DNA of 64,000 nt from Ruditapes philippinarum (taxonomy: Eukaryota): assembly GCF_026571515.1 (NCBI RefSeq), contig NW_026858315.1, positions 62,001 through 126,000 on the forward strand, in the 5' to 3' direction. The position numbers and the translations under genes were made by a program. Below, piece after piece: positions 62,297 to 64,000 of the stretch. Position 1 is the stretch's first letter; each line of letters starts with the position of its first letter. The notes below the pieces were generated by a model. The model searched no databases, had not been told where the DNA came from, and saw only the letters and a list, made by a program, of their open reading frames with translations.

Positions 62297-64000
62297 ATTT
62301 TCTCCATTTTCTACAACACAATTTTCCTACGTCACTAAGATATTTTTATACATACATTAGCGGAGTTTGTATATCAAATGAATACGAGATCAAGTTATAC
62401 AAAAATGTACTAGTAACATATTTCTTTTAATGTGTTTTTACCAAATTATGAAGATATTCTATGAAAATGTGGTATTATCTCATCTTTTTTCTCAAATATC
62501 TTAACATGAGAAAAAAAAAGACAAAAGTATGTACCGTTTTTGGCCTTTACAAATTATCAATATTATGAATTGATTTTTACGAGATAATATATAAATTTAA
62601 ACATTAGATAGAAATTGTTTAAACGTCCTGTTTGACAGTCTATCCGCCGATCTAATTTACATAACCTCTAGAGAATGCCGTTTTGTTTGTTTTTGTTTTT
62701 TTTCTTTTGCTAAAAGTAATATTTATGCAAGTGAATATTGTAGAAAGTTATTCTTAAAGGAAAATGGAAAGAAAGCCAAGTCATATATGTAGGCAACATA
62801 TCGTTCATAGGCATATTTCTAATCCTTGTGTGTACATCAAGTGTACATGTACATTTTGCATGTTTTAGTTGCAATGCACTGTACAACGTTAATTGGGTTG
62901 TATATAACGTTGTATAAAAGAACCTCTGTAACTGAACCTTCTCTAACTCTCAACTGATATGGTTTAAAACGAGAGTTAATGTTTTCATAGTTTATATTAA
63001 ATGCATTTCGTGGACCACTCGATCAAAGATTATTTCTGAATTATCTGATAAAAAATTGAAAAACTGCCTTTTTCAGTAGGGCAGAGGGCGCTGTGATTAT
63101 ATGGGAAATACAGCGATCTTGTGTATGTTTATGTACACTATGATTAGATATGGTAACAACACACCTCTATCATTGTACTTACATATCTTACTTCAACTAC
63201 TGACACAATTTTGGAAGTTCAGTAATTACTCCTTTTGGACTGAATAATTGGTTTATTCATAAAAAAACAAGTTTGTTTATTTTATCTATCAGACGAATAT
63301 AAATACATAAAACTGCTCGAAAACATGCATATACTTTATAGCAAATTTGGAATAAATAAAGTATTTTTTGTAGGTAAAAATGCAACCTTGCTACCGCATT
63401 TAACATCAAAGGTGTTAACTCCGCGGGATATGTTGACTTAATTTTTTTCTCAGTTACGTTTGTTCACCTGTTTGCCTATTGGGTATTTGTTTAACTAGTT
63501 AATGAATGCAAGGCCAGACTAATTCACCGTATAATTATTTCTCTTTTCGTGCATTCCCTTGCGTATGTTGGAGAATTTTCGTTGACAATGTATTGCATTG
63601 ATAAAAACACATCTGCTCAGATGGTAGCAGAGTTACATATACCTGTCAATGCTTCTATCACTGAATTGTGGCCAAACATGTAAATTATTTGGTTATATGT
63701 AATCTGATCTTTAATATTTATCGTAATAATTCTATCTTGCTGAATGGACGAAACGATTGAAAATTCGCCATGCCCTAGCGCTCTGTGGTAAAATGTAGTC
63801 TAATGTCGGATAAATAGGCTATATGCGATGATTGAATAATAGTCTTTACATAGGGAAGAAATGTTAACAAATCTTTATATTGACAAGAAATGTTCACAAG
63901 TCTTTATGTTAACCTGGTTTTATAGATTAAAGAAATGTTCAGAAAACTTTGTGTTTACCAGTCTTAAAGCTAACCAGATTTTATATAAGAAAGAAATGTT

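Overview
AT-rich, intron-containing animal DNA, probably a bivalve mollusc (inferred from the repeat types and the ependymin-related gene cluster). Host genes are an ankyrin+SOCS-box gene, an intronless SLC16/MCT-like MFS transporter, three tandem ependymin-related (EPDR) genes, a C2H2 zinc-finger repressor-like gene with a degenerate duplicate, and the first coding exon of a CAP/SCP secreted protein. MITEs, SINEs, LINE/Penelope-like fragments and a Helentron-like element lie between them. The main feature is an apparently intact 11,538-bp DNA transposon at 45328-56865. It has 529-bp near-identical TIRs beginning CACGGTG and a perfect 5-bp TSD (TTTCG). Its six-exon ~1427-aa ORF has P-element-like DDE motifs with a YqaJ/lambda-exonuclease-like domain inserted between the first two catalytic aspartates, and a convergent gene encodes a 7-finger C2H2 protein. 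The ATG-containing first exon and its splice donor lie inside the TIR, so both ends carry the same exon pointing inward at the two genes. All calls are by-eye readings; no database searches were run.
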